64,000 nt of DNA from a virus (lineage: Duplodnaviria > Caudoviricetes). How positions within the stretch are numbered: position 1 is the first letter of the stretch; each line of letters begins with the position of its first letter. Below, piece after piece: positions 46,257-55,235 of this stretch. The stretch covers positions 6,576 to 70,575 of IMG/VR virus record IMGVR_UViG_3300021255_001723; one strand, written 5' to 3'. The translations under genes were made by a program, and so were the position numbers. A model generated the notes under the pieces. That model saw only the letters and a program-made list of their open reading frames with translations. It was not told where the DNA came from and searched no databases.

Positions 46257-48647
46257 ATGAGTACAACTTTAAATGCAGGTGCGATAATACCCAAATCAAA
46301 AGGATTGTGGGTTAGTGGAACATCTTACTCTGTTCTGAACATAGTTACTTATGAGGGAAAAGTGTATATATCACTAAAAAACGCAAACACTTCTCAGTTA
46401 ACCGATACGAATGCGTGGGGAGAAATTACTGGGCCAAAAGGCGATAAAGGTGACCAAGGAGAACAGGGAAATGGCATTTCGTCCATTGTGCTAAACCAAG
46501 ACTACACACTTATCATCAACTTCACGAATGGGACGAGCACCACAACCGCGTCCATCCGTGGCGAGAAAGGTGAGACAGGAGAGACGGGTGCAGCCGGACC
46601 ACAGGGTGCAACTGGAGCCACTGGTCCGCAAGGGCCGAAAGGTGATACAGTGATTCTCGGTGACGGGGAGAACTATACGCTGTATAACACTACAGGTAGT
46701 AATACAGACGGGGCAATGACTCAGGCTGCGGTGACGGCAGAACTTACCGAGTTAGGGGAGAGTTTGGGTGGTTTAGATAAATACGATGATAATTCATTTG
46801 CTTGGTCGTCTGCCGATGGAGGCGTGAGTTCTACTTCTATCCTTACTCCTTCACTTGACAAAGCTAATGGCAGTTTTACCGTTACAGGGAAAACAAATAA
46901 TTCCAATCCAAGAACAGCTTATCTAAAGTTACCGACAATGGTGGATGGAAATGTTTATAGAATCAAGTTTGACTATCAAGTTCTTACAAGTTCAAATAGA
47001 ACAATAGTCGTTGGGCTCGGAACAACAACATCCAATAGAAACCTAACATTCTTTACAATTCCTGCAAATAGTAACGGCTCATTCTCTTTCGAAAGAGAGA
47101 TAACATATTTGCCAACTTACGGAAACTACCTTACCTTGTATTACAATCAAGTAACCAAAGATAATTATATTACGTTCACAAATGTAAGTGTTGAGCACAA
47201 GATTGTGGCAAGCAGCAGGCTAAATATATTGGAAAACAAAGATATTACACTACAAAATGAGATAGACATAATTAATAGTCTGTTGAGAATGACAGGAATC
47301 GAATCTTTCTCGCTTTCTAAAGCTACTGTAGGTACAACTTCGAATGACTATTTAAGGGCTACAAAAAATGAGAATACTGGAGAGTTTACGTTTCTCAACC
47401 CTAATACTAATGCTACAGCGAGAACTGGAAATATCAGCCTTCCTTCATCTTTAGTTGACGGGCAGACGTATCAAGTGGAATTTGATTATACGGCTTTAAC
47501 GGCAAGCAATCGAAATATAAAAGTTGGTGTTGGCAGTACCTCTATTTCCCAAAATTTACTGACAGTCCCTTATGGAACTGACGGTACGTTCCATTGCAAG
47601 GCAAACTTCGTCCATTCTTCTTCGAACACCTCTTTGCTTATATATTTCCTGCATACAACAGAAGGGAATTTTATTACTCTTCGGAACATAAGTATCAAGA
47701 TTAAAGGCACCCCTCAAGAAATATCTGATAGTATAACTGGAAAAATCGATGATAACTATGAAGAGTTTCAGAATCTCACGGATGAGATGGAGAAGTATAT
47801 GGGACTTTCATATGATAGAAGTTTGAATTGGTACACTTATGGTGGAGCGAGGATGATGCCTCAGAGAGCGTGTATTGAGAGATTGACTGCAACTGGGAAT
47901 GGTTATCCGCAGGGATTCAGTATCTATGCTGACTATGCAATGGGATTTAAGCGTGACATGCCTGGTATGATGGTGTTTAATGTAAAGGAAAAAAGGTATA
48001 TAGGTACTTTTGGAGGCTTTGGGACAGTTTTGGGAAGGCACGCAAACAGTCAAGAGTTTACAGATGTTTATTTTAGTGAAAACGACGCGTTTCCAATGCT
48101 TTATGTAAGTGGTGGTGAAAAAGGAGATGGAGGAAACTTTATTGGGATAGATTACCTAATAAGAGTTACTTATGACGGCATTACTTTCGGAACACAAATG
48201 AAACAAACGATTACTGTCACCGGGCCTGATGGAACTCCACTATATCACAATACATTATACGACCACGTGACAGGGCATCTTTGGATAAGAACGAGCGGAA
48301 AACTCTATGAAATGGAAATGCCTGAATTGTTTGATGGAACAGGGAATATCATTAGTACGGCAACTCTTAACATAGATAATGCTTTGCGAACAATAACATT
48401 TAATAACCTTTCCAATCCTCAAGGAGGCTGTATTCACAAGAATGTAATTTATCTCGCTTATGGCTTGGATAACACAGATAACTATATTCAAGCGATAGAC
48501 CTTCTTTCGGGAACAGAGATAAATCACATACTATTGTCTGCCATCGGTTATGGTGAAATGGAGCCAGAAGATTTGGCCTTTTGGGGAAATCATATGATAA
48601 CATCGGGAGGTGGAGCTTCTGCACTTTACGAAATACATTGGGAATAA
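46257..48647 (+). CDS. Tail fibre/receptor-binding protein with collagen-like repeats
   Basis: Gly-X-Y runs (GPKGDKGDQGEQG; GEKGETGETGAAGPQGATGATGPQGPKGD), two related beta domains, propeller-like C-terminus. Confidence 0.7.
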   Translation: MSTTLNAGAIIPKSKGLWVSGTSYSVLNIVTYEGKVYISLKNANTSQLTDTNAWGEITGPKGDKGDQGEQGNGISSIVLNQDYTLIINFTNGTSTTTASIRGEKGETGETGAAGPQGATGATGPQGPKGDTVILGDGENYTLYNTTGSNTDGAMTQAAVTAELTELGESLGGLDKYDDNSFAWSSADGGVSSTSILTPSLDKANGSFTVTGKTNNSNPRTAYLKLPTMVDGNVYRIKFDYQVLTSSNRTIVVGLGTTTSNRNLTFFTIPANSNGSFSFEREITYLPTYGNYLTLYYNQVTKDNYITFTNVSVEHKIVASSRLNILENKDITLQNEIDIINSLLRMTGIESFSLSKATVGTTSNDYLRATKNENTGEFTFLNPNTNATARTGNISLPSSLVDGQTYQVEFDYTALTASNRNIKVGVGSTSISQNLLTVPYGTDGTFHCKANFVHSSSNTSLLIYFLHTTEGNFITLRNISIKIKGTPQEISDSITGKIDDNYEEFQNLTDEMEKYMGLSYDRSLNWYTYGGARMMPQRACIERLTATGNGYPQGFSIYADYAMGFKRDMPGMMVFNVKEKRYIGTFGGFGTVLGRHANSQEFTDVYFSENDAFPMLYVSGGEKGDGGNFIGIDYLIRVTYDGITFGTQMKQTITVTGPDGTPLYHNTLYDHVTGHLWIRTSGKLYEMEMPELFDGTGNIISTATLNIDNALRTITFNNLSNPQGGCIHKNVIYLAYGLDNTDNYIQAIDLLSGTEINHILLSAIGYGEMEPEDLAFWGNHMITSGGGASALYEIHWE

Positions 48648-48668
48648 AGAAAAGAGGTTTCAGAAAAG

Positions 48669-48697
48669 GAAAGACGGGGATTATTCCTCGTCTTTTC
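48669..48697. terminator. Bidirectional terminator
   Basis: GAAAGACGGGGA-TTA-TTCCTCGTCTTTTC between convergent genes. Confidence 0.7.
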
Positions 48698-50231
48698 TTG
48701 AAATCACACATCTGATTTTATGAAAATCATTATAGTTTTCTCCATTTTTAGAGCACAAACCTTCTGAAGATATTTTATATAAATAAGGTGTGGATGATGT
48801 CCACCATTCACCAAATTCATACCAAGGTAGGGATCCGTCTACACCGCATGACAGGGGCATTAAGATACTGTTACCGTTAGGCCCCGTAAACTTACAGTAG
48901 GTGCTATCCGATTCACAGTCACTTCCATATAAATTATAACTAAACGTTCCTTTTTTGATTATCTCTTTCGTACAGTATTCATCCAGTTCTTCAAACTGAC
49001 TTATTGTTGGAAGAGTAAAACAACCATCCGCAGTTGGATATGTAACGTTCATTTCTTTAGAATTTTTTAAATTAGGCAAATTCTCGTCAAGGTAAGCAAA
49101 GCAATTTTTTATATTACCATAATAGAATAAAAGTCCGTAATCCTTTTCTTCTTTAGTTCCTAAATCCATGTCAGCCCATAGTGTACCTGACGGTAATCCC
49201 AAATCAACGGCATTGGGCATAGGATATTCTACACTATTGATGGTATATGAAGTCATATATTCTTCGGTAGGTGCAGGAGCTGGAGTTTCGTTTTCCAATA
49301 ATGGGCGCACCGGTCGCACGGGAAGTCCAACCCACCTATCACCACCTTCCATATCTACCTTAAAAACAGTTTTGTTATTTACGGTTTCAGAAGACTTGAA
49401 TAATAGAAACGTAGTAGGTTTATATTGATTTGAAATATCATAAATATCAATATCATTATAATTATCGGAAAAATCCTCAACCTCATTCTCCCAATATTTT
49501 CCATATATTGTAAACAGCTTGTAGTTGCCAGAGATTTCATTTGTCCAAAAAGATAATTGGTCATCACAGTAAGAAAAACTAGCATTATCAATAGCTACAC
49601 AAAAAGGTATATCTATGTATTTCCCGTTCCGGCTTATTCTATAAAATTTATTTTCACCGTCAGAAATAATATTAATATCGCAATAGTTTATCAGTTCTAT
49701 AAAGTCCGCATAACTGGGTATTCGCCAAGGTTCTCCTAAATTAGCAGTTGCAGCATCATCTGATTTCATTAATTTTGATAAATTGTCTATGGTTCCAAAG
49801 ATTTCATTTAATACATATTTTGAAAAAAGACAATGACTCCATTGGTCTGCTTCACTATAATTGGGATTTTTTCCCGCAGTGAAAATATATGTATCAGGAG
49901 TGTATGTCTTTTTATTTTTTGTCTCTCCCCACGCAAAACACAGACCATGTTCTAACGGTTTGCTTGCTCCAATATTCATATTCGCCCACTTCGTACCAGA
50001 TGGCAAACCTAAATCCACGGCTTCAGGCATTGGATATTCCACGCCATTAATAGTGTAGCTCGTCTTTGCTTCTTCCGCAGTCTTTTCTTCAAACTCTACG
50101 GTCTTCACCGTATCCATTCCGAAGACAACGGATTTCCCGTCGTTGAAGGTAATGCGCATATTATGTGTTGCCTGAGCACTAGCAGTAACAGCTACAGTGG
50201 TTAAAAGGAGGGTGGAAAATATCTTTTTCAT
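48681..50231 (-). CDS. Moron: secreted protein with two VDLGLPSGT.WA repeat domains
   Basis: Signal peptide MKKIFSTLLLTTVAVTASA; duplicated SYTINxVEYPMPxAVDLGLPSGT.WA; AT-rich. Confidence 0.75.
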   Translation of the reverse strand: MKKIFSTLLLTTVAVTASAQATHNMRITFNDGKSVVFGMDTVKTVEFEEKTAEEAKTSYTINGVEYPMPEAVDLGLPSGTKWANMNIGASKPLEHGLCFAWGETKNKKTYTPDTYIFTAGKNPNYSEADQWSHCLFSKYVLNEIFGTIDNLSKLMKSDDAATANLGEPWRIPSYADFIELINYCDINIISDGENKFYRISRNGKYIDIPFCVAIDNASFSYCDDQLSFWTNEISGNYKLFTIYGKYWENEVEDFSDNYNDIDIYDISNQYKPTTFLLFKSSETVNNKTVFKVDMEGGDRWVGLPVRPVRPLLENETPAPAPTEEYMTSYTINSVEYPMPNAVDLGLPSGTLWADMDLGTKEEKDYGLLFYYGNIKNCFAYLDENLPNLKNSKEMNVTYPTADGCFTLPTISQFEELDEYCTKEIIKKGTFSYNLYGSDCESDSTYCKFTGPNGNSILMPLSCGVDGSLPWYEFGEWWTSSTPYLYKISSEGLCSKNGENYNDFHKIRCVISRKDEE

Positions 50232-50626
50232 TTCTTGATGACTTTAAAGGTTTTGCTTTTGGATTTAATGATATAGATGCCATGGGGCAGATTGTCGAGA
50301 TTAATAGAACGGTCATCCACACGCCTGACAAGTATGCCTTGCGTGTCATAGATGGATAGTTCATCGGAGGCGCTAGTTACATTGAGAATCTTTGTGGGTA
50401 AGGCAGCATCTTCAAAGGTGAAGCGCTGCACGTCTGCCACGGGATACTCCACGGTGGCAGACGTAGAGGTAATGGTGAGCACATTGTCGGTGTGATTCAC
50501 CACTGGCTTCTCGGCAAAGGTGAAGGAGACCTTCTCGTTGTTCTGCAGCCACACGTTCAACGTGTTCTGTGAATAAACAAACAAGCCGCCGCAAAGCAGC
50601 AGTAGGATTGTTAATACCTGTTTCAT
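50228..50626 (-). CDS. Moron: small secreted protein with T9SS (Por) C-terminal sorting domain
   Basis: Signal peptide; C-terminal LSIYDTQGILV...LPHGIYII...KVIKK. Confidence 0.75.
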   Translation of the reverse strand: MKQVLTILLLLCGGLFVYSQNTLNVWLQNNEKVSFTFAEKPVVNHTDNVLTITSTSATVEYPVADVQRFTFEDAALPTKILNVTSASDELSIYDTQGILVRRVDDRSINLDNLPHGIYIIKSKSKTFKVIKK

Positions 50627-50632
50627 CGAATT

Positions 50633-50732
50633 GTGTTAAATATAAACTTGTGGCAAAAATAGAGAATTTATTTTAAAGTTGCAAGAATTCGGAGAAATTT
50701 TCGTATATTTGCAGTGTTAAATATAAACTTGT
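50633..50732. promoter_or_regulatory. Divergent promoters flanked by a 19-bp direct repeat
   Basis: GTGTTAAATATAAACTTGT at 50633-50651 and 50714-50732; reverse TATTTTTG at 50654-50661, forward TATATTTG at 50704-50711. Confidence 0.7.
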
Positions 50733-50788
50733 CTAAACGGTGCGTGAGCATAGTGTGGACACAAAAGGTTGGCATTGCCAACCTTTTG
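50714..50788 (+). ncRNA. Putative antisense sRNA against the moron operon leader
   Basis: Starts after TATATTTG; first 19 nt complementary to the leader of the 50626 gene; ends at a 13-bp palindrome. Confidence 0.45.
50762..50788. terminator. Perfect 13-bp inverted repeat
   Basis: CAAAAGGTTGGCA-T-TGCCAACCTTTTG. Confidence 0.65.
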
Positions 50789-50846
50789 TATTCCATTCAA
50801 ACCGTAGTTTTCTTTAATATTCAAATTAGATGTTCATACATTTTTC

Positions 50847-51008
50847 TTATTTCTTAAAAGAGTAAGTAGAAGCTTTGTATGCTTTTACGGAATAGTCAGG
50901 AACATAGAAGTTACCGTAGAATCTATTGAATACATTATTTGTAGCCGTAGGGGGTGTATTACCTCTGAGCTGGTCGGCGAGGCCGTTGATGAGTGACTGA
51001 ATGTCCAT
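50847..51008 (-). CDS. possible small protein (53 aa, MDIQSLINGLADQL...)
   Basis: Read by hand; A-rich leader; fills an otherwise empty intergenic region. Confidence 0.4.
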   Translation of the reverse strand: MDIQSLINGLADQLRGNTPPTATNNVFNRFYGNFYVPDYSVKAYKASTYSFKK

Positions 51009-51115
51009 TGTAGATATAAAATGTTAATTTTAACACAAAATATGATTACTTTTAACCTAAAAACGCATTGCTATTTGATTTATAATAACTATCTTTGTAC
51101 ACAAATATAGTTATT

Positions 51116-51355
51116 ATGAGTTTTTTAACCGAATCCCACCGCTGGCAGCACCTCATTGGAGGCATCTTGATAGGCCTGCTTTCCCTCGGCTGTTGGTACG
51201 CAGCAGCCCTCGCAGGGGTAGGGATATCCTCTGCCCTGGAGTTCAAGGACAGGTCGTGGGGCGGCAAGTGGGACTGGACGGACTGGATAGTTACAATCGC
51301 CGGAGTCGTTATAGGCTTTGGTATATGTTTCACAATTAAAACGTTTTTATTATGA
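51116..51355 (+). CDS. small membrane protein in lysis module
   Basis: Hydrophobic segments; promoter TATCTTTG at 51090-51097. Confidence 0.65.
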   Translation: MSFLTESHRWQHLIGGILIGLLSLGCWYAAALAGVGISSALEFKDRSWGGKWDWTDWIVTIAGVVIGFGICFTIKTFLL

Positions 51356-51600
51356 AAAAATTTCTTTTGTTCGTACTGTTCGCCGTAATCGGCGCAGGTC
51401 TCGCTCTCGGCTCGGCAGCCAATGAGGGAGGCACAGTTGGCGGTGCTTGGGTAGGCGTGGTGTATGCCGCCGTCTTCTCCTGCTTCGTCGCACTCGTAGA
51501 GAACCAGGCATTCGGCCTGACGTGGAAGGAGATTGGCCGCGACGTTCTCGTCATCATCGGCGGCTCGATCCTCGGTGCCCTTGCCTACACCATCTTCTGA
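51352..51600 (+). CDS. small membrane protein (3 TM), holin-like
   Basis: Hydrophobic helices; ATGA overlap. Confidence 0.6.
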   Translation: MKKFLLFVLFAVIGAGLALGSAANEGGTVGGAWVGVVYAAVFSCFVALVENQAFGLTWKEIGRDVLVIIGGSILGALAYTIF

Positions 51601-51619
51601 TATCGTAGTTACCAGAACA

Positions 51620-52078
51620 ATGGACAACAGAATCTTAACCCTGCTTATATGCGGAGGCATTATGCTGCTGATGTATATTACCATTCTCGCCCTGATACTT
51701 GCCGACCTTTGGTCAGGCGTCCGTAAGGCGAAGAAGCGTGGAGAATTCCGAACCTCGGATGGCTATAAAAGAACCATCGACAAGATAGCACGCTACTACA
51801 ACATGACGTTCGCCATGTCGCTGATAGACGTCGTTCAGGTGGCCATCATATTTTTCCTATACTACTTCTACGAGGTGGATATCTGGATGATACCTTGGTT
51901 CACGCTATTTGCGACAGGATATGTAGCATGGGTTGAGATTCATTCCATCTGGGAACCTGCTGATATCAAAGAGAAGAAGCAGCAGAAAGATTATACGAAG
52001 GCTCTGCTTGCTGTGATTGAACAGTACGGCGGAGCTGAGAAGGTTATTCAGTTGTTAACTAAAAGAGAAGAGCAATGA
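51620..52078 (+). CDS. Holin
   Basis: LILADLWSGVRKAK...RTSDGYKRT..K..YY; TM helices; directly before the endolysin. Confidence 0.75.
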   Translation: MDNRILTLLICGGIMLLMYITILALILADLWSGVRKAKKRGEFRTSDGYKRTIDKIARYYNMTFAMSLIDVVQVAIIFFLYYFYEVDIWMIPWFTLFATGYVAWVEIHSIWEPADIKEKKQQKDYTKALLAVIEQYGGAEKVIQLLTKREEQ

Positions 52079-52722
52079 CAACCCTGCGTAAAGGTTCCAA
52101 AGGGGATGAGGTCAAGCAACTGCAAAGGCTGCTCGGGCTGGCAGTCGACGGTGTGTTTGGAATGTACACCGAAAAGGCGGTGAAGGAGTTCCAGCTGAAG
52201 CACGGGCTGTCGGCTGACGGTGTCGTGGGTACAAAGACTTGGGAGGCTCTCGGTGTTCCGAATGTTCAGACAACCCGAAAGATTACCCACATCTTCGTTC
52301 ATTGCACGGCAGGAAGCCAGTCGATGACACCGCAGGGGCTGCTCGATTTCTTCTACAAAAAGAAGAAGTGGTCTCGCCCTGGCTACCACTACGTTGTTGA
52401 TGCCAAAGGCGACATCACGAATATCTGGCCAGAGAGCAAGTACAGCAATGGTGTTAAGAACCATAACAGCAACTCCATCAACATAGCGTGGATTGGTGGT
52501 GTTGATAAGGCACACCCAAACGGAATAGACAACCGCACGGATGACCAGAAGAGGTCACTTCGCCACCTGCTGAAGGAGTTGCGGAAGAAATACCCGACGG
52601 CTAAGATAATGGGACATCGTGACACCTCGCCCGACAAGAACCACAACGGCATCATCGACCCGTGGGAAAGGATTAAGGAATGTCCTTGTTTTTCGGCTAT
52701 GGAAGAATATAAAGATATATGA
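52075..52722 (+). CDS. Endolysin: peptidoglycan-binding domain plus N-acetylmuramoyl-L-alanine amidase (Amidase_2)
   Basis: LRKGSKGDEVKQLQ...DGVVGTKTW; HIFVHCTA, GYHYVV, GHRD, CP motifs. Confidence 0.92.
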   Translation: MTTLRKGSKGDEVKQLQRLLGLAVDGVFGMYTEKAVKEFQLKHGLSADGVVGTKTWEALGVPNVQTTRKITHIFVHCTAGSQSMTPQGLLDFFYKKKKWSRPGYHYVVDAKGDITNIWPESKYSNGVKNHNSNSINIAWIGGVDKAHPNGIDNRTDDQKRSLRHLLKELRKKYPTAKIMGHRDTSPDKNHNGIIDPWERIKECPCFSAMEEYKDI

Positions 52723-53285
52723 GTAAGAGTGAAAAGTTCTGGATGTTCTGGCTGCTCGCCTTGATGCTGCTCGGGATGCTCACCTCCTGTAACCGTGAGC
52801 TGAAGCGAGAGATAGAGCTGCTCCGTGAAGAGCTTGCCAAGCAGCAGCAGTACGTTCCGCTCCATAAGGACACAATACGAGACAGCGTGGAGGTTGTCAC
52901 GCAAAAAGTGGTGGAAGTAGAGAAAATCAAGGAGGTCTTGACCGATGAAGACCGCAAGCTGCTGAAGGATGCAGGCATAGCCGCCAAGGAACTGATGAGC
53001 CTTCAGAAGACTGGGATGGAGACGAAGGACACCGTGTGGCTTGAACGGAAGGACTCCACGAAGGACGCACCGCTCTACTACAAGGATGCGTGGGCAGAGT
53101 TCGAGTTCCACAATAAGAAGCTGAAATACTCCGTCCGTGACTCCCTGGCGATAGCCGTCAGGAAGGAATACAAGCACCGCCTGCTGTGGTTCCGCTGGGG
53201 CGTGAAGGGCTACGACGTGAACGTCATGAACTTTAACCCTCATTCAACGGTAAGATACAACACATTCGTAAAGAGGAAAGAGTAA
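52719..53285 (+). CDS. Spanin-like lipoprotein
   Basis: Lipobox LTSC after a hydrophobic stretch; coiled coil; follows the endolysin. Confidence 0.6.
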   Translation: MSKSEKFWMFWLLALMLLGMLTSCNRELKREIELLREELAKQQQYVPLHKDTIRDSVEVVTQKVVEVEKIKEVLTDEDRKLLKDAGIAAKELMSLQKTGMETKDTVWLERKDSTKDAPLYYKDAWAEFEFHNKKLKYSVRDSLAIAVRKEYKHRLLWFRWGVKGYDVNVMNFNPHSTVRYNTFVKRKE

Positions 53286-53342
53286 CAGGTTAGAAATATG
53301 AATCATAGATTTTGGTTTGAAGATTAGTTAGTTTTTGTCTGT

Positions 53343-53370
53343 GTCCGTCTGGCTGTGAAGCTCGACGGAC
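53343..53370. other. Hairpin with GTGA tetraloop
   Basis: GTCCGTC-tg-GCT-GTGA-AGC-tc-GACGGAC. Confidence 0.65.
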
Positions 53371-53384
53371 TCATTGTAAAAACG

Positions 53385-53444
53385 GGACAACAAACAGGTC
53401 AACAAACAGGTCAGCAAATAGGACAACAAACAGTGCAACATATA
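53385..53444. repeat. Five tandem 12-bp iteron-like repeats followed by an AT-rich tract
   Basis: GGACAACAAACA, GGTCAACAAACA, GGTCAGCAAATA, GGACAACAAACA, GTGCAACATATA. Confidence 0.8.
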
Positions 53445-53535
53445 AGAAGATATAATAAGAAGACTAATATATAATAAGCGTGTGTCGCAAGCGCCAACGC
53501 TTTTGGGTTTTCCTGTTTTCTCCATCATTCAGGCC

Positions 53536-53661
53536 AAAAGTTAAATAATTGGAAATCAGAAAGTTGCGAGGAAAAATAATTTGGAAAACGTTTGGAAATT
53601 TGGTAAAAAATGATTACCTTTACATACAAATATAAGAAACCATTAAATTAGAAGAGCAATG
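53536..53661 (+). promoter_or_regulatory. Repeated early promoter/leader cassette, copy 5
   Basis: AAAAGTTAAA...TTTGG...AAAAAATGATTACCTTTACATACAAATATAAGAAAC...AAGAGCAATGAAG. Confidence 0.8.
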
Positions 53662-54018
53662 AAGACGTACAAAGAGTTGAAAGATTTCTGCGAAACAAAG
53701 AATGTTCGCCACGAAGTTAACACGATTTTCGGCAAGCCTTACGAGTACCCCGTTTACGAGAACGGCAAGGTAGTCTGGAAGGAGGAACGCCCAATCTTAG
53801 GTTTTGAGTTCGGCATGTGCAACATCGCTGGCCGGAAAGGTAAGAGCGAGTGGCAGTGGGTTTGGTTCGAGACCATCCTCTGCCCGAAGGAACTGGAGGA
53901 CGATACGAAGTTCTGCTTCCGCAACCGTTACTCTCAGGTTAACGGTCTTGACCACAAGGGCTGGAGAGAGGAGTTTAATGCCGAGAACACGATTGAGTTA
54001 AGAATGAGTAAAGTCTAA
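53659..54018 (+). CDS. hypothetical protein
   Basis: ATG in the cassette motif. Confidence 0.75.
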   Translation: MKTYKELKDFCETKNVRHEVNTIFGKPYEYPVYENGKVVWKEERPILGFEFGMCNIAGRKGKSEWQWVWFETILCPKELEDDTKFCFRNRYSQVNGLDHKGWREEFNAENTIELRMSKV

Positions 54019-54037
54019 CCCTTAAATAAGAAGAGCA

Positions 54038-54970
54038 ATGAAGGTAAGTAATGAATTGTTGAAGCAGATGCAGGAAAAGACCGAGAGCATCCGCAAGCAC
54101 ATCGCAGACTATGAGTCTGGCGACAAGATGAACTACTGGTGCCATCCGACATCGTGGATGAAAGAAGCAGCCAAGCATGGTGCGGAGAACATCTTCATGG
54201 TTGGAAATTCGTACAGGAGCCACGCCTATGATGACTACGCCACGTTCACGTACTACAACCAAGCTACGATGGAGGAGTTTACCGACAGTTGGACAACCGC
54301 AGGTGCCTGTCCAAGCTACAGCCTCTATGAGTGCATGACCATTGAGGAGGCATTCAGGAAGGGTCTTCTCGATGAAGAGAAGTACGTCCGTTTCCGAAAG
54401 GAGATCAGCCTGAAGTATCTGGAAAGCTACCATTGCCCAAGCCTGAGCGTGGATGATTTCATTAAGTACAAGGTTCGTGTGGAGGTAACGGGAGGCCGCA
54501 AGTGGAAGGGAACTGGATATGCCTTGTCTTCCAAGTGGGTGTCATTCGGCTACCACCAGACCAAGTATGTCAGCATTTTAGACCCTGAGACTAACCTCGT
54601 GCATGAGATTAGCGACAGGTGGGTGCATCCAGCCGAAGATATCGAAACGGTCATCCCTCAATACAGGGAGTGGGCAAAGGCCAAGATAGCATCCGTAATG
54701 CCGGGCGCTTTACGCATGGGTGACCGTGGCCTTTACGTCGAAGGACTGATGTTCAACTTCTACGACTGGCTTGAAGAAAAAGCTAAGAGCGTAGAGTTGG
54801 ATATGTCGAAGGCCGTCAATCCTGCTCAGGATGAGAGAGACCGGAGAAAGGCCGATTTCAAGACAAGAAAGATGGCTGACTTGGTAGAGTGGGTGAAGAA
54901 GAACACCGACAAGCAGGGGGATGCCATCTTGCAACTGGCAGAACACATTTTCCAGAAGAGGTACGCATAA
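54038..54970 (+). CDS. hypothetical protein
   Basis: 310 aa; ATG within AAGAGCAATGAAG. Confidence 0.8.
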   Translation: MKVSNELLKQMQEKTESIRKHIADYESGDKMNYWCHPTSWMKEAAKHGAENIFMVGNSYRSHAYDDYATFTYYNQATMEEFTDSWTTAGACPSYSLYECMTIEEAFRKGLLDEEKYVRFRKEISLKYLESYHCPSLSVDDFIKYKVRVEVTGGRKWKGTGYALSSKWVSFGYHQTKYVSILDPETNLVHEISDRWVHPAEDIETVIPQYREWAKAKIASVMPGALRMGDRGLYVEGLMFNFYDWLEEKAKSVELDMSKAVNPAQDERDRRKADFKTRKMADLVEWVKKNTDKQGDAILQLAEHIFQKRYA

Positions 54971-54986
54971 GATAGGAGGACTGACT

Positions 54987-55223
54987 ATGAGTAGAAGACA
55001 CAAGTATTTCTTTACCGAAGAATGGGACGAGGGCGGCAGGAACCATGTGGCCGCCTACGGCCTGTGTAAGCGCAAGGAGATTGACAGCATTGTAGAGCAG
55101 ATGGAAAGGTATTCTCCATACGACTACGTTGATTCCGTAGAATGTGACACGGAAGAAGATTACAAATCCCGACTGCAGGCCCGTATCAATGACGGTGCCG
55201 AGGTCAAGTATTATAACCAGTAA
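54987..55223 (+). CDS. hypothetical protein
   Basis: Start moved to ATG 54987. Confidence 0.65.
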   Translation: MSRRHKYFFTEEWDEGGRNHVAAYGLCKRKEIDSIVEQMERYSPYDYVDSVECDTEEDYKSRLQARINDGAEVKYYNQ

Positions 55224-55235
55224 ATTGAAAGAGCA

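Noticed and set aside
40117-48647. Diversity-generating retroelement or shufflon acting on tail fibres
   Set aside because: No reverse transcriptase, no template/variable repeat pair and no invertase seen in the window.
53385-53444. CRISPR array
   Set aside because: The 12-bp units are contiguous with no spacers, and there are no cas genes.
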